From Spirochaetia bacterium (lineage in GTDB: Bacteria; Spirochaetota; Spirochaetia; CADAEX01): DNA of 64,000 nt. The notes beneath the pieces were generated by a model. It saw only the letters and a program-made list of their open reading frames with translations. It made no database searches and had not been told where the DNA came from. The stretch is taken from contig JAZURI010000002.1 of the NCBI GenBank assembly GCA_045606105.1, forward strand, positions 160,001-224,000, written 5' to 3'. Each line of letters begins with the position of its first letter. Positions within the stretch are counted from its first letter, which is position 1. The translations under genes were made by a program, and so were the position numbers. Positions 19,064-30,216 of the stretch are shown piece after piece.

Positions 19064-19741
19064 TTAGTGAAGATTATAGATTCCGGCAGCCTTTTCTGCT
19101 GTTATGCCGGAAAGGTAGTTGATGATAGCTGTATCGTATGCTGATGTCTTTCCGAAAGTAACCTTTGCAAGGCGGAATCTTTCGGCCAGAGCCATTTCAC
19201 CGTTGTTAGCCTCCAGATGGCTGATGATTGCACCGTATTCTGCAGGATCTGCAACAGAAGCAACCCTGAGGTAGTTCTTGGCTGATGCCCTCAGCATGCA
19301 AGGTCCGCCGATATCGATGTTTCCTCTTGCATTTTCAGGAGTTGCATCTGCCTTTGCAACAGTCTTTTCAAAAGGATAGAGATTCACGACAATCATGTCG
19401 AAAACTGTAGCCTCTGTTCTGGCAATATCCTTCTTATGCTCTTCGTTGTAGGTTTCGCTGAGGATTCCCAGATAGATCTTGAAATCAAGGGTCTTAACCA
19501 GACCGCCCTGCATTTCAGGCTGCTTTGTATAATCGGAAACCTGAATAAGTGTTCCCTCTGCCTTATCGCCAAGAACATCCCTGATATAGGTATATGTTCC
19601 GCCGGTGGAGTAGATTCTGATGTCAGGATTGATGCAAACCAGCTTCCTTACAAATTCGTCCAGACCTGTCTTGTCTGAAACACTGATAAGGACATTTCTG
19701 ATTTTTACCTTATCATCGATTTCTGTTACGTTGTTGATCAT
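19064..19741 (-). CDS. IMP cyclohydrolase (MGS-like) domain of a split PurH
   Basis: VLISVSDKTGL, STGGT, GGLVKTL, VVNLYPF and NIDIGGPCMLRASAKN motifs. Start moved to MINNVTE (19741) after GAGG. Confidence 0.9.
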   Translation of the reverse strand: MINNVTEIDDKVKIRNVLISVSDKTGLDEFVRKLVCINPDIRIYSTGGTYTYIRDVLGDKAEGTLIQVSDYTKQPEMQGGLVKTLDFKIYLGILSETYNEEHKKDIARTEATVFDMIVVNLYPFEKTVAKADATPENARGNIDIGGPCMLRASAKNYLRVASVADPAEYGAIISHLEANNGEMALAERFRLAKVTFGKTSAYDTAIINYLSGITAEKAAGIYNLH

Positions 19742-19763
19742 AGTTTTACCTCTGTTTATATGT

Positions 19764-22481
19764 TTATGCACCGTGACAATGCTTGAACTTTTTTCCGCTT
19801 CCGCATGGGCATGGATCATTTCTTCCCACCTTAGGGGTTGATCTTACCACCTGTATCTGTTTTCCGTCAGGCTGCTGAGGTGCCCTTCCCTGAGCCACAT
19901 TCCTGTGTGCCGCAAACTGTGCCGATTCCTGGTGTGTAGCCACGGAGGCACTTCTCTGTCTCGGCTTTTCCTCATATTTTTCAATCCGTACATTGATTAC
20001 CTTTCTGGCAATGATACGCCTTATATCCTCAATCATTTTGTCGAAAATATCGAAGCCTTCCAGCTTGTACTCCAGCAGCGGGTTCTTCTGGCCGTAGGTA
20101 CGGAGATTCACCGCCTCCTTCAGGGCATCAAGAGCCTCCAGATGCTCCTGCCACTTGATATCGATGATCCTGAGATATTCCATCTTGGCAAACATGTTGA
20201 AATCATCCCTTCCTACCTTTTCAGCCTTGCTGTCCAGGTCATCGGAAATATATTTTACTATTGCTTCCTTCAGCTGCTCCGGAGTTTCGTAGGACGAAAC
20301 ATCAAGAACGCTGTCCGCATTGAAGAAAAGCTTTTCCCTGAAGCTCTCCAGCGCTTCCGGAATATCGGACTGCTCCTTGACCTTATCGAAGAACTCATCG
20401 GCAAAATCCTTTATGATGCCTTTGATCCTGTCAAGGAAATTCATGTCTGCAATGACATCCTCCCTCTGGGAATAGATGAACTTTCTGTGTTCGCTGAGAA
20501 CATTGTCGTAATCGAGAAGATGCTTTCTGATTTCGTAGTTTCTTTCCTCAACCTTCTTCTGGGCATTTTCTATGGATTTGCTTATCCATGGGTGACGGAT
20601 TGGCTCGTTGTCCTTCATTCCCACCTTTGCCATCATGGATTTGAGGTTGTCACCGCCGAAAAGTCTCATGAGGGTATCGTCCAGAGAGATATAGAACCTG
20701 GATTTTCCCGGGTCTCCCTGACGTCCTGAACGACCTCTCAGCTGGTTGTCGATTCGTCTTGATTCATGTCTTTCGGTACCGATAACATAAAGACCGCCCA
20801 GGGACTTGATCTCTTCGTAGTCCTTTCTCCATTTGACCATGGCCTTTTCCAGGGCCTTTTCAAATTCCTCCGGAGTTGCCTCTGTACCGGCATTTTTACG
20901 GGCTATGTATTCAGGGTTTCCACCAAGCTTGATGTCTGTACCGCGTCCTGCCATGTTTGTAGCAATGGTTACCGCACCTTTTGCACCGGCTCCTGAGATA
21001 ATCATGGCTTCGCGGGCATGGTTCTTGGCATTGAGCACCTCATGCCTGATTCCCCGTCTGCTGAGCAGCGAGGAAAGGAGCTCCGACTTCTCGATGGAAA
21101 CGGTTCCCACCAGTACCGGCTGTCCCTTTTTGTAGACTGATTCTATCTCATCACAGATAGCCTTGAACTTTATCTCCTCGTTAAGATAGATCTCATCATC
21201 CATGTCCTTTCTGGCCACCGGACGGTTTGTAGGGATTACAACCACATCCAGGTCATATATCTTGGTAAATTCCCTGGCTTCGGTATCGGCTGTACCGGTC
21301 ATACCGGAAAGCTTGTCATACATCTTGAAGTAATTCTGGAAGGTGATGGTGGCGTGGGTCCTGTTCTTTCTGGCTACCTTGATCTTTTCCTTTGCCTCTA
21401 TGGCCTGATGGAGACCGTCGGAATAACGGCGTCCCGAAAGGATACGACCTGTGAATTCGTCAACAATCTGTACCTGCCCCTCCTGAACCACATAATCCAC
21501 ATCAAGATGGAAAAGCTTATGAGCCTTGAGAGCCTGTGTAAAATAATGGATATATTCAAAGTTTTCGTCTGAAAAGAGAGAGCCTTCAATAAAATGATAC
21601 TTGAGGAGGAGGCTCTCGATCTTGTTCATACCCTCATCGGTAAAGGTAACATGCTTTGTCTTTTCCTGAAGCTTGAAATCCCCTTTGAGAAGAGCATCCT
21701 CCTCCGGATAGGTTCCTGTTTCGGGATCCTTTTCGCATTCAACCAGGAACGGAACCAGTTTGTCCACCTGATAGAACTTTTCGGTATCATCCTCGGCCGC
21801 ACCGGAAATGATAAGCGGAGTTCTGGCCTCGTCGATGAGGATGGAGTCGATTTCGTCCACAATGGCAAAGCTGTGACCTCTCTGTACCCGCTGGGAATTG
21901 TTCCAGCGCATGTTGTCACGGAGATAATCGAAACCCAGCTCATTGTTTGTGGCATAGGTGATATCACATTCATAGGCCTTTCTCTTGGCCTCAAAATCCA
22001 TGTTGGAAAGAACGGTACCTACGGTTATGCCGAGAAAGTTGTGGACCCGTCCCATCCACTGGGCATCACGCTCGGCAAGATAGTCGTTGACAGTGACGAT
22101 ATGGACTCCCTTTCCCGAAAGTGCATTGAGGTATGCGGCCGTGATACTGGCCAGAGTCTTTCCTTCACCGGTCTTCATTTCGGTGATCTTTCCCTGATGG
22201 AGAACTATTCCTCCGAGAATCTGTACATCGTACGGTCTCTCTCCCAGAACCCTTCTTGCAGCCTCACGGCAGAGGGCAAAAGCTTCCGGCAGGATATCAT
22301 CCAGGGTCTCTCCCGCAGAAAGACGCTTCCTGAAATCCTCAGTAATGCCTTTAAAGTCTTCATCCCGCAGGGACAGGGCCCAGGCCTCCTTTGCATTGAC
22401 CTGATGCAGCAACGGCAGCAAAGACTTTAGGTCTTTATCATGCTTGGACCCGAAAATGGCCTCAACAACTTTATCCAGCAT
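19764..22481 (-). CDS. secA: Preprotein translocase subunit SecA
   Basis: [49 protein letters not shown] and the C-terminal [14 protein letters not shown]. Confidence 0.99.
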   Translation of the reverse strand: MLDKVVEAIFGSKHDKDLKSLLPLLHQVNAKEAWALSLRDEDFKGITEDFRKRLSAGETLDDILPEAFALCREAARRVLGERPYDVQILGGIVLHQGKITEMKTGEGKTLASITAAYLNALSGKGVHIVTVNDYLAERDAQWMGRVHNFLGITVGTVLSNMDFEAKRKAYECDITYATNNELGFDYLRDNMRWNNSQRVQRGHSFAIVDEIDSILIDEARTPLIISGAAEDDTEKFYQVDKLVPFLVECEKDPETGTYPEEDALLKGDFKLQEKTKHVTFTDEGMNKIESLLLKYHFIEGSLFSDENFEYIHYFTQALKAHKLFHLDVDYVVQEGQVQIVDEFTGRILSGRRYSDGLHQAIEAKEKIKVARKNRTHATITFQNYFKMYDKLSGMTGTADTEAREFTKIYDLDVVVIPTNRPVARKDMDDEIYLNEEIKFKAICDEIESVYKKGQPVLVGTVSIEKSELLSSLLSRRGIRHEVLNAKNHAREAMIISGAGAKGAVTIATNMAGRGTDIKLGGNPEYIARKNAGTEATPEEFEKALEKAMVKWRKDYEEIKSLGGLYVIGTERHESRRIDNQLRGRSGRQGDPGKSRFYISLDDTLMRLFGGDNLKSMMAKVGMKDNEPIRHPWISKSIENAQKKVEERNYEIRKHLLDYDNVLSEHRKFIYSQREDVIADMNFLDRIKGIIKDFADEFFDKVKEQSDIPEALESFREKLFFNADSVLDVSSYETPEQLKEAIVKYISDDLDSKAEKVGRDDFNMFAKMEYLRIIDIKWQEHLEALDALKEAVNLRTYGQKNPLLEYKLEGFDIFDKMIEDIRRIIARKVINVRIEKYEEKPRQRSASVATHQESAQFAAHRNVAQGRAPQQPDGKQIQVVRSTPKVGRNDPCPCGSGKKFKHCHGA

Positions 22482-22589
22482 ATAATCCTCCGAAAATATA
22501 ATACAGCAAAACTACCTAATACACAAGTAAACTGTAAAATTTTAAAATTTTATTAAACCTTGGAGCAGGAATTCCGATATATATAATGT

Positions 22590-22669
22590 CGAGGAAATAT
22601 AGTTCCCCTCCCAGTTAACTATATTCAAGTCGATTCTTCGGGCTGATTGAAAAATCAGCCTTTTTTTTT
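22590..22669 (+). ncRNA. Candidate small RNA (~75-80 nt) with a C-rich loop and intrinsic terminator
   Basis: TATAAT at 22582-22587; stem AATATAGTT/AACTATATT with loop CCCCTCCCAGTT; then GGCTGATT-GAAA-AATCAGCC-T9. No + strand gene upstream to terminate. Confidence 0.55.
22641..22669 (+). terminator. Intrinsic terminator of the candidate sRNA
   Basis: 8-bp stem, GAAA tetraloop, 9 T. Confidence 0.8.
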
Positions 22670-22681
22670 ATCCCTGAAGAC

Positions 22682-22714
22682 AAAAAAAAACCTTGGTCCG
22701 ACATAGGACCAAGG
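22682..22714 (-). terminator. Intrinsic terminator of fusA2
   Basis: CCTTGGTCC/GGACCAAGG stem followed by T9 on the minus strand, about 30 nt after the stop. Confidence 0.85.
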
Positions 22715-22745
22715 AGTTTGTCAATAGAGTTAAATCAAGGATAAA

Positions 22746-24830
22746 TCAGGCCTGTGCTGCCTCTCTCTTAGCCTTTGCGTCTGCAATTACTGCCTCTGCA
22801 ATCTTTCCTGTTACCGGACTGTAATGATCGAATTCAACTTCGAAGGAACCGGTTCCTGATGTAAGAGAACGGAGATCAATTGCATATCTGAGAAGCTCTG
22901 CCTGTGGTACTTCTGCATTTACCTGCTGGATTCCACCTCCCATGCTGTCCTGACCAAGTACTTTTCCTCTCTTTGAACTGAGATCTGAAAGAACATCTCC
23001 GAGATACTGGTCATCCACAAAAACTGAAAGCTTCATAACAGGCTCCAGGAGAACAGGAGAAGCCTTTTCAATAACTTCGCGCAGACAACCTTTCGCCGCC
23101 AGTTTGAATGCCATTTCCGATGAATCGACAGGATGTTCCTTACCGTCAAAAAGATTTACCTCTATGTCCACAATCGGATATCCTGCAAGAACACCTTCCT
23201 GCATTCCTTCCGCAATACCCTTTTCAATACCAGGAATGTAACCCTTTGATACGGCACCACCCTTGATAGTATTGATGAATCTGAGATATTCGCCTCTTTC
23301 GATAGGCTGGATCTCAAAATGAACCTCACCGAACTGACCGTGACCGCCGGACTGTTTCTTGTGTCTATAGCTTCCGGATGCCTTCTTGGTGATTGTTTCC
23401 CTGTATGCAACCTGAGGAACCTTTGTAACAATCTTGATTTTCTGCTTGTCGCGGATCTTGTCCAGAATCATGTTGATCTGGAGCTCACCCATTCCGGAAA
23501 TGATGGTTTCCTTTGTTTCTGTGTTATAGGAAATACGGAATGTGTTATCTTCCATTGCTGCCTTCTGCATGAACTGGCTGAGCTTGTCCTCATCCTTCTT
23601 GTCAACAGCGGATACTGTTACAGAGAATGTAGGGGTAGGAAGTCTGAGAGGGATGAATCTGTTCTTCAGTTCACCTGTGAACAGTGTGTCATTAGTCAAT
23701 GTAAGAGGCATCTTTGATACGATACCGATATCTCCCGCTGTAAGCTCCTTGACTTCCATGAGCTTCTTACCTACCGCTGTATAGATCTTTGTTACCTTTT
23801 CCTTCTTTCCTTCCCTGAGGTTCATGAGTTCGGTATCCTGAGTAATGGTACCTGATACACATTTCCAGTAGGAAAGCTTTCCGGAGAACTGGTCGATGGT
23901 TGTCTTGATTGTGAAAACCTTGATATCTCCGTCCGGTGTGATAGGGGTAGGAATCTTGTTCATTTCTTCATCGAGAAGAATGTCGTTGAATCCGAGAGGA
24001 CACGGTGAAAGCTCTGCAATGAAGTCGATAAGAGCTGCAATACCTGAGCATACAGCTGCAGAACCGCAGAGAACAGGAGCAATCTTGTTGTCGCGGAGAC
24101 CTGCCTGGATAGCCTTCTTTACATCCTCAATGCTGAGAGTTCCCTCTTCAAGATATCTTTCCATGATTTCATCGTCGCCCTCTGCGGCTCCTTCAATCAT
24201 GATTTCCTTGAATTCATTTACCATATCGGCATATTCTGCAGGAATTTCAGTTGCTGCCTCGATTTTTCCGGAAGCAGGAATCATGTAAGCCTTGTCGTTG
24301 AGAATATCGATGACTCCCTTGAAATCCTTTGCATCGCCGACAGGGATTGTGATAGGAACAAATGTCTTTCCGAATTTCTTCTTGATATCGTCAAGAGCCG
24401 CCTGATATGATGCCCTGTCCTTGTCCATCTTGTTGATGAAAACAAATCTAGGGATATTTCTTGAATCAAGACGCTGCCAGAGTTTCATTGTTTCAATCTG
24501 GGCACCTGTATCGGCACCAACCAGAAGCAGACCTGTCTCACATGCTCTGAGACCGAGAATAACCTCTCCCACGAAATCGGAAGCACCCGGAGTATCTACG
24601 AAGTTAAGCTTTTTATCATCTTTAAAAATATGAGATAATGTTGAATGGAATGAAATTTTCTTTTCAATTTCTTCTTCTGTATAGTCACTTACGGTCTTGC
24701 CGCTTTCTGTAGTTTCTGCCTTTGAAATCATACCACCGGTGAACAGAATCTGCTCAAGCAAAGTTGTTTTACCTGTGCCGACATGTCCGGCCAATGCTGT
24801 GTTTTTAATTTGTTCAGTAGTAAATTCCAT
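22746..24830 (-). CDS. fusA: Elongation factor G, stand-alone EF-G2 paralogue
   Basis: GHVGTGKTT, DTPG, NKMD, GMGELQ, KKQSGGHGQFG and VDSSEMAF motifs; divergent switch I; not in the str operon. Confidence 0.95.
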   Translation of the reverse strand: MEFTTEQIKNTALAGHVGTGKTTLLEQILFTGGMISKAETTESGKTVSDYTEEEIEKKISFHSTLSHIFKDDKKLNFVDTPGASDFVGEVILGLRACETGLLLVGADTGAQIETMKLWQRLDSRNIPRFVFINKMDKDRASYQAALDDIKKKFGKTFVPITIPVGDAKDFKGVIDILNDKAYMIPASGKIEAATEIPAEYADMVNEFKEIMIEGAAEGDDEIMERYLEEGTLSIEDVKKAIQAGLRDNKIAPVLCGSAAVCSGIAALIDFIAELSPCPLGFNDILLDEEMNKIPTPITPDGDIKVFTIKTTIDQFSGKLSYWKCVSGTITQDTELMNLREGKKEKVTKIYTAVGKKLMEVKELTAGDIGIVSKMPLTLTNDTLFTGELKNRFIPLRLPTPTFSVTVSAVDKKDEDKLSQFMQKAAMEDNTFRISYNTETKETIISGMGELQINMILDKIRDKQKIKIVTKVPQVAYRETITKKASGSYRHKKQSGGHGQFGEVHFEIQPIERGEYLRFINTIKGGAVSKGYIPGIEKGIAEGMQEGVLAGYPIVDIEVNLFDGKEHPVDSSEMAFKLAAKGCLREVIEKASPVLLEPVMKLSVFVDDQYLGDVLSDLSSKRGKVLGQDSMGGGIQQVNAEVPQAELLRYAIDLRSLTSGTGSFEVEFDHYSPVTGKIAEAVIADAKAKREAAQA

Positions 24831-24914
24831 AAATAAGACCTCCTCTTTAACTACCTTTATATGATAAAAGGCACTTCAGGGAGTTGTCAACCAAAAAATG
24901 GATTTCGTTGAAAA

Positions 24915-25289
24915 TTAGTTGTTTTTAAGGGAATTTATGAAATTTTTGAGGCAAAAAAAGCTTTTTTCACTGATATCATGCTCGATTTTACATGCATCAG
25001 AGTCAGCAGTTTCTGCATCCACCCCTATTTTTTCCAGAAAGTCTGCAATTACCTTATGTTTTTCATAAATACGGTCTGCAATTTTCTTTCCTTCATCGGT
25101 AAGGGAAATGGATGAGTCACTGTTGATGGTTATGTAACCTGCATCTGCCAGAGAATGTACCGCGGCGCTGACCGAAGGCTTGGAGAATCCCATGGCCCGT
25201 GCTATATCGACGGAGCGTACCTTTTCCTTTTCACCCTGGAGAACCACGATGGTCTCCAGGTACATTTCTGCAGATTCCTGAATTTTCAT
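24915..25289 (-). CDS. DtxR/MntR family metal-dependent transcriptional regulator
   Basis: ESAEMYLETI, VRSVDIA...SKPSVS, YEKH and DACKIEHDIS motifs. Confidence 0.92.
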   Translation of the reverse strand: MKIQESAEMYLETIVVLQGEKEKVRSVDIARAMGFSKPSVSAAVHSLADAGYITINSDSSISLTDEGKKIADRIYEKHKVIADFLEKIGVDAETADSDACKIEHDISEKSFFCLKNFINSLKNN

Positions 25290-26458
25290 TACGGCTTAAG
25301 CTCCGACATGATGTCTTCGTTGGTTGAGATAGGGCTGTTGTTTTCCTTTGCAATATCGTAGGCTGTCTTTCCTTCGCCGGACTTGGCTGTAATGTCAGCC
25401 CCTTCCTCAAGAAGGGTTTCGATCATTCCCACAGATTCGCTGAAAAGGGCTGCAACCATAAGCGGTGTCATACCTCTCGGATCCCTGCCGTTTACATCGG
25501 CACCGGCCTTGATAAGGTTCTTTGCAATCATTGTGTTGCTGTTCTTCATGGCAACATACATGAGTGCTGAAAGTCCGTTCTTGTCGGTCTGCTTCGGATC
25601 TGCTCCCAGCTCCAGAAATGTATCAATTACTTCAGAGTTGAAGTTATAAGAACATGCATAGAGGAACGGTGAGAAACCGGCCGGTGTCATATCAGAAACA
25701 GAAACTCCCAGTCCGTGGAGATATTTTATAACTTCAGGGTTAGGATTGAAGCATGCGGCCATGATCATCGGTGTGAAATCTTTTACACGGCAATTGTAGT
25801 CTGCCCCTTTTTCCACAAGCATCTTAAGGACATCCACATTGTGGTTTGACATTGCAGTCTGCATTATAACCGGATATCCCTTCCTGTTTTCGGCATTCAT
25901 GTCTGCACCCAGGGAGATAAGGGTTTCGGCAACCTTTGGGTTTTCGTTCTTGGTAACCGCGAACATAAGGGCTGTGAATCCGTCGATGTTCCTGTCTTCA
26001 AGATCGGCTCCTGCCTCCACGAGAACCTTGATGACATCGGTCTTGATATTTCCGCCGGCAGCTGCCATAAGAGGGGAAAGTCCGTCCTTGTTCTTGAGGT
26101 TCACATCTGCTCCGGCCTTGATAAGCTCGTTGAAGATTTCGATATTTGTTGTGGTCTGGGCTGCAAAGAGGAGAGCTGAATCGCCGTGGATATCAACCTC
26201 GTTTACCTTTGCTCCGTGCCTGAGAATAATCTTAACTGCCTCCAGGGCATTGTCGTTCTGTGCAGCAATCATGAGAGGAGTTGTATAAAGCTCTCCGCTT
26301 CCGCTGTTGACTCTGGCACCGTCTTTGATGGCCTGTTCAATGGCTTCAGGATTATTCTGTCTTACTATCTCGGCAAAAGCATCAGACTTCTTGTCACAGA
26401 ATGCTGCAACCGGCATAACAAAGGCAATGAACAATACAAATAATTTTTTTAACATCAC
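25289..26458 (-). CDS. Secreted ankyrin-repeat protein
   Basis: Signal peptide; about 10 repeats of G.tpLm.Aa.......v...Li..GAdvn. Confidence 0.9.
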   Translation of the reverse strand: MMLKKLFVLFIAFVMPVAAFCDKKSDAFAEIVRQNNPEAIEQAIKDGARVNSGSGELYTTPLMIAAQNDNALEAVKIILRHGAKVNEVDIHGDSALLFAAQTTTNIEIFNELIKAGADVNLKNKDGLSPLMAAAGGNIKTDVIKVLVEAGADLEDRNIDGFTALMFAVTKNENPKVAETLISLGADMNAENRKGYPVIMQTAMSNHNVDVLKMLVEKGADYNCRVKDFTPMIMAACFNPNPEVIKYLHGLGVSVSDMTPAGFSPFLYACSYNFNSEVIDTFLELGADPKQTDKNGLSALMYVAMKNSNTMIAKNLIKAGADVNGRDPRGMTPLMVAALFSESVGMIETLLEEGADITAKSGEGKTAYDIAKENNSPISTNEDIMSELKP

Positions 26459-27750
26459 ATACTCCTGAAACGACTGATTGAGTTTTTCATTCTTTCTTCA
26501 AGATATGAAACATACTCTTCTTTTGATTTATATGGCGAGCGGGCTACACCGCTTGCTACCGCTGCTTCCGCTACTGCGGAGGAGACAGAAACAAAGACTC
26601 TCGGATCAAACGGCTTCGGAATGATATAGTCCTTTCCGAAACTGAGGCTTTCCTTGTTATAGGCCTTCAGCACCTCTTCCGGTACAGGAAGCTTGGCCAG
26701 GGAAGCCAGTGCCTTTGATGCGGCAATCTTCATCTCTTCGTTTATACATGAGGCCTCAACATCGAGGGCTCCTCTGAAAATAAACGGGAATCCCATTACA
26801 TTGTTTACCTGGTTCGGATAATCGGAACGTCCTGTAGCCATGATAACATCCTCCCTGGCTGCGACAGCTTCGGGATATGTTATTTCAGGGTCGGGATTTG
26901 CAAGGGCAAAGACAACAGGATTGTCATTCATGGTCCTGAGCATTTCGCCTGAAACCAGCCCCTTTCCTGAAAGTCCCAGGAAAATATCGGCTCCCTTCAT
27001 GGCATCTGCCAGTGTTCCCGGCCTGTCACCGGAAGCAAAGTATTCCTTATATCTGTTCATGCCGGCCTGGCGTCCCTTGTAGATGATACCCTTGGTATCG
27101 CACATGGTTATGTTTTCCTTTCTGATTCCCAGGGCAACATAGAATCTGCCGCAGGCAATTCCTGCAGCTCCGGCACCGTTGATGACAACCTTAACCTCAT
27201 CGATTTTCTTACCGGAAATCTCAAGGGCATTGAGCAGGGCCGCACCTGTTATGATGGCTGTTCCGTGCTGGTCGTCATGGAAAACGGGAATATCCATAAG
27301 GGCCTTCAGGGAATCCTCGATCTCAAAGCATTCCGGTGCCTTTATGTCCTCCAGGTTGATACCTCCGAAGGTAGGCCCCATGAGCTTTACGGCATCGATG
27401 AATTTCTGAGGATCGTTACAGTCAAGCTCGATGTCAAAGACATCCACATCGGCAAATCTCTTGAAAAGGACACCCTTTCCTTCCATTACCGGCTTTCCTG
27501 CTTCAGGTCCGATATTTCCCAGACCGAGAACCGCAGTACCGTTGGTGATGACTCCTACGAGATTGCTCCTGTTTGTATATTCGGAAACCAATGCCTTGTT
27601 TTCCTTGATTTCAAGACACGGATATGCTACTCCCGGTGTGTATGCGCAGCTCAGGTCTTCCTGGGTCCTGCAGGGCTTTGAAGGGATAACCTCAATCTTT
27701 CCCTTTACCGGGGAACTGTGATAAATAAGTGATTTCTCTTTCAGATCCAT
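26455..27750 (-). CDS. maeB: NAD(P)-dependent malic enzyme
   Basis: [39 protein letters not shown] and [13 protein letters not shown] motifs. Confidence 0.93.
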   Translation of the reverse strand: MDLKEKSLIYHSSPVKGKIEVIPSKPCRTQEDLSCAYTPGVAYPCLEIKENKALVSEYTNRSNLVGVITNGTAVLGLGNIGPEAGKPVMEGKGVLFKRFADVDVFDIELDCNDPQKFIDAVKLMGPTFGGINLEDIKAPECFEIEDSLKALMDIPVFHDDQHGTAIITGAALLNALEISGKKIDEVKVVINGAGAAGIACGRFYVALGIRKENITMCDTKGIIYKGRQAGMNRYKEYFASGDRPGTLADAMKGADIFLGLSGKGLVSGEMLRTMNDNPVVFALANPDPEITYPEAVAAREDVIMATGRSDYPNQVNNVMGFPFIFRGALDVEASCINEEMKIAASKALASLAKLPVPEEVLKAYNKESLSFGKDYIIPKPFDPRVFVSVSSAVAEAAVASGVARSPYKSKEEYVSYLEERMKNSISRFRSM

Positions 27751-27751
27751 T

Positions 27752-29047
27752 TTATTCCACCTGATTCAGCTCGCAGGCTGCCTTGAATATGTTTTCAAAC
27801 AGGTCCTGGATATCTCCCCTGTCCACGGAAGAAAAGGCAACCCTGAGATATTTGTCGTTTACGGAGATGGTTCCGATACCGTAGTTGGCAAGAAGATGCT
27901 TCCTGAGCTTTTCCGCACTGAATCTTTCAACCACGAAGGTCATGAAATAGCCGGAATTGAAAGGAATAGGAATAAGCGGACACTCTTCAGGCATCTCGCT
28001 GATGGCCTTTTTTACCTCCCTGTATCTCTTTTCCATCTTGTCGGCAATTATTGCCTTTTCCTGATGATATGTTATGCTCTTGATTCCCTTGAGAATGATA
28101 TTCTGGGAAATGGTGGAGCAGGTTGATACGGTAGCCCTGATGGCACCCATGGTCTTCTTTTCAAGGACTGAAATGGATTCTGCATCCAACGCCTTTCCGC
28201 CGAAGGTAATGAAACCGGTACGGAATCCCCATGCCAGCTCCTCTTTGGTGGCTCCGTCAATCTTTACTGCGGTGATGTTGTCATGGGCTCCGCAGAGACG
28301 GGCAAAGATGGACTCTGTCTCGATTCCGTCCTCGAAGAAAAGACCGAAATATGAGTCATCGCACATTACCAGAATATCCTTTCCCTTTTCAGCCTGGCGG
28401 ACAAGTGCATCCACAGTCGCCTTCTGTTCCTGGGTGGAAAGGGAGTAACCTGTAGGGTTGTTAGGGAAATTGAGAACGAGGATAACCTTGTCTCCCCCGT
28501 TCTCGATTGTTTCCTCAAGCGCCTTGATATTGAATCTGTATTCGCTGTCAAAGAACTGGAAATTGACAACCTCGGCCTGATGCAGTACAGAGAAGATAAG
28601 CTTGTAGTTACCCCAGAACATGTCCGGAATGATAACCTTGTCATGATTATCGATAAAGATATCCGCAACCAGTGAAAGACCGTGGGTCAGACCTGTGGTG
28701 ATTACAGGCATGGAAACATTCTGGTTGATAAGGGAGGGATTCTTCTTGATCATTTCCCTCATCCAGATCTGTCTGAGTTCCGGAAGTCCGGCAGTAGGAG
28801 CATAGGCAAAGATTTCAGATGAACTGAGACCGTTTACAAGACTCCTCATGGACGGAAGATACATCGGCTGGCCCTCTTCCATTGCCATTCCGATAGTAGC
28901 ATTATAGTTATAGGCATCTTTCTTTGCCTCATTAGACTGTGAAACTATCCCCTTCGGAAAATAAAGACGTCTTCCGAGGTCTGATAAAAGAGAATAAACA
29001 GGTTTGCCTTCGAGAATTGAGTTCAATTCTTCAGCCAATCGATCCAA
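27752..29047 (-). CDS. Class I/II PLP-dependent aminotransferase
   Basis: [18 protein letters not shown] and KIDGATKE...WGFRTGF motifs. Confidence 0.88.
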   Translation of the reverse strand: MDRLAEELNSILEGKPVYSLLSDLGRRLYFPKGIVSQSNEAKKDAYNYNATIGMAMEEGQPMYLPSMRSLVNGLSSSEIFAYAPTAGLPELRQIWMREMIKKNPSLINQNVSMPVITTGLTHGLSLVADIFIDNHDKVIIPDMFWGNYKLIFSVLHQAEVVNFQFFDSEYRFNIKALEETIENGGDKVILVLNFPNNPTGYSLSTQEQKATVDALVRQAEKGKDILVMCDDSYFGLFFEDGIETESIFARLCGAHDNITAVKIDGATKEELAWGFRTGFITFGGKALDAESISVLEKKTMGAIRATVSTCSTISQNIILKGIKSITYHQEKAIIADKMEKRYREVKKAISEMPEECPLIPIPFNSGYFMTFVVERFSAEKLRKHLLANYGIGTISVNDKYLRVAFSSVDRGDIQDLFENIFKAACELNQVE

Positions 29048-29059
29048 AACCCTACCCCC

Positions 29060-29671
29060 TTAAAAGATTAAGTAATAAAAATACATGAGCATCATTCCTA
29101 ATATAACAGAAATGATAAGGGATAAATAGATACTTAATTTAAATTTTTTTATAAAAATTAAATTTATTAGAAAAATCAGTAACGCCGGAATTACCAGCCG
29201 TACCGATTTCCACCCTTCAACCACTCCGGAGAAATCATAGATAAGCCGGTCAAGCCCCAGTTCCCTGTTAAGAACCGAGTTTTCAAGGAAGAAAATCACG
29301 GCATAAGCCACCAGTCCCATTACCCCGGCACGGATTCCGCGGATTCCGGAGGAGACAACCCTGTTTCCTGCCAGATGATGGCTGAGAAGACAGATTGCGG
29401 CCGAAAGAATGATGGCAGGGAAGATAAATCCCAATGTGGCGGCAATTCCTCCCGGAAATCCGGCCACCTCCTTGCCTACATAGGTTGCTGTATTGATTAC
29501 TATAGGCCCCGGTGTGAGCTGGGCTATGGCACATATATCGGCAAATTCCTCGGAGGTACACCAGCTGCGGGACAGAAGCTCCGATTCGATGATTGCCAGG
29601 TTTGCATACCCTCCTCCGAAGGCAAAGAGACCGATCTTGGCAAACACCAGGAAAAGAAGAAGGTAAATCAT
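29060..29671 (-). CDS. chrA: Chromate ion transporter (short-chain CHR), subunit 2
   Basis: KIGLFAFGGGYA and AQLTPGPIVINTATYVG motifs. Confidence 0.9.
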   Translation of the reverse strand: MIYLLLFLVFAKIGLFAFGGGYANLAIIESELLSRSWCTSEEFADICAIAQLTPGPIVINTATYVGKEVAGFPGGIAATLGFIFPAIILSAAICLLSHHLAGNRVVSSGIRGIRAGVMGLVAYAVIFFLENSVLNRELGLDRLIYDFSGVVEGWKSVRLVIPALLIFLINLIFIKKFKLSIYLSLIISVILGMMLMYFYYLIF

Positions 29672-30204
29672 CAGAGTCCCTCCTTCCTGTAGAGAAATAT
29701 TCCCAGTAAACCGCTGAGAATTATGACATATATTGCAGGAATCCCTATGAAGGCCACGGCAACAAAGGCTGTAACGGCAACAACGACATCATTGCGGGAC
29801 CTGAAGCTTTTTTTCATCATGTTGGCCATGGTACAGATGATGAAGGCTGAAACTGCGGCCCTGATGCTGGTAAATGCATATCCTGTCAGCGGGGAATCCT
29901 TGATAAGCTCCACATAGGATGCAACAAAAAGGATTATGCAGACCGGAGGAATTATAACACCGGCCAGTGCCGAGGCAGCTCCCCTTTTTCCCCTGAGCAG
30001 ATTTCCGATATGGATGGCGGCATTTACGCCGATGGCACCGGGCATGGAGTAGATCACGGCAAAGACGGCGTTCATTTCCTTTTCTGAAAGAAGGTTTCTC
30101 TTCTTACGGAATTCCTCGTCCATCACGACAAGCATGACCGGTCCTCCCCCCAATGTAAAAAAGGCAATCTTGAAAAATGTGACAAAGAGAGAAAAACATG
30201 ACAT
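29671..30204 (-). CDS. chrA: Chromate ion transporter (short-chain CHR), subunit 1
   Basis: FFKIAFFTLGGG and SMPGAIGVN motifs. Confidence 0.9.
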   Translation of the reverse strand: MSCFSLFVTFFKIAFFTLGGGPVMLVVMDEEFRKKRNLLSEKEMNAVFAVIYSMPGAIGVNAAIHIGNLLRGKRGAASALAGVIIPPVCIILFVASYVELIKDSPLTGYAFTSIRAAVSAFIICTMANMMKKSFRSRNDVVVAVTAFVAVAFIGIPAIYVIILSGLLGIFLYRKEGL

Positions 30205-30216
30205 CAGGTCATATTC

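Noticed and set aside
22561-22615. Type I toxin mini-ORF behind GGGAGGGG on the minus strand
   Set aside because: No start codon at SD distance and no hydrophobic peptide.
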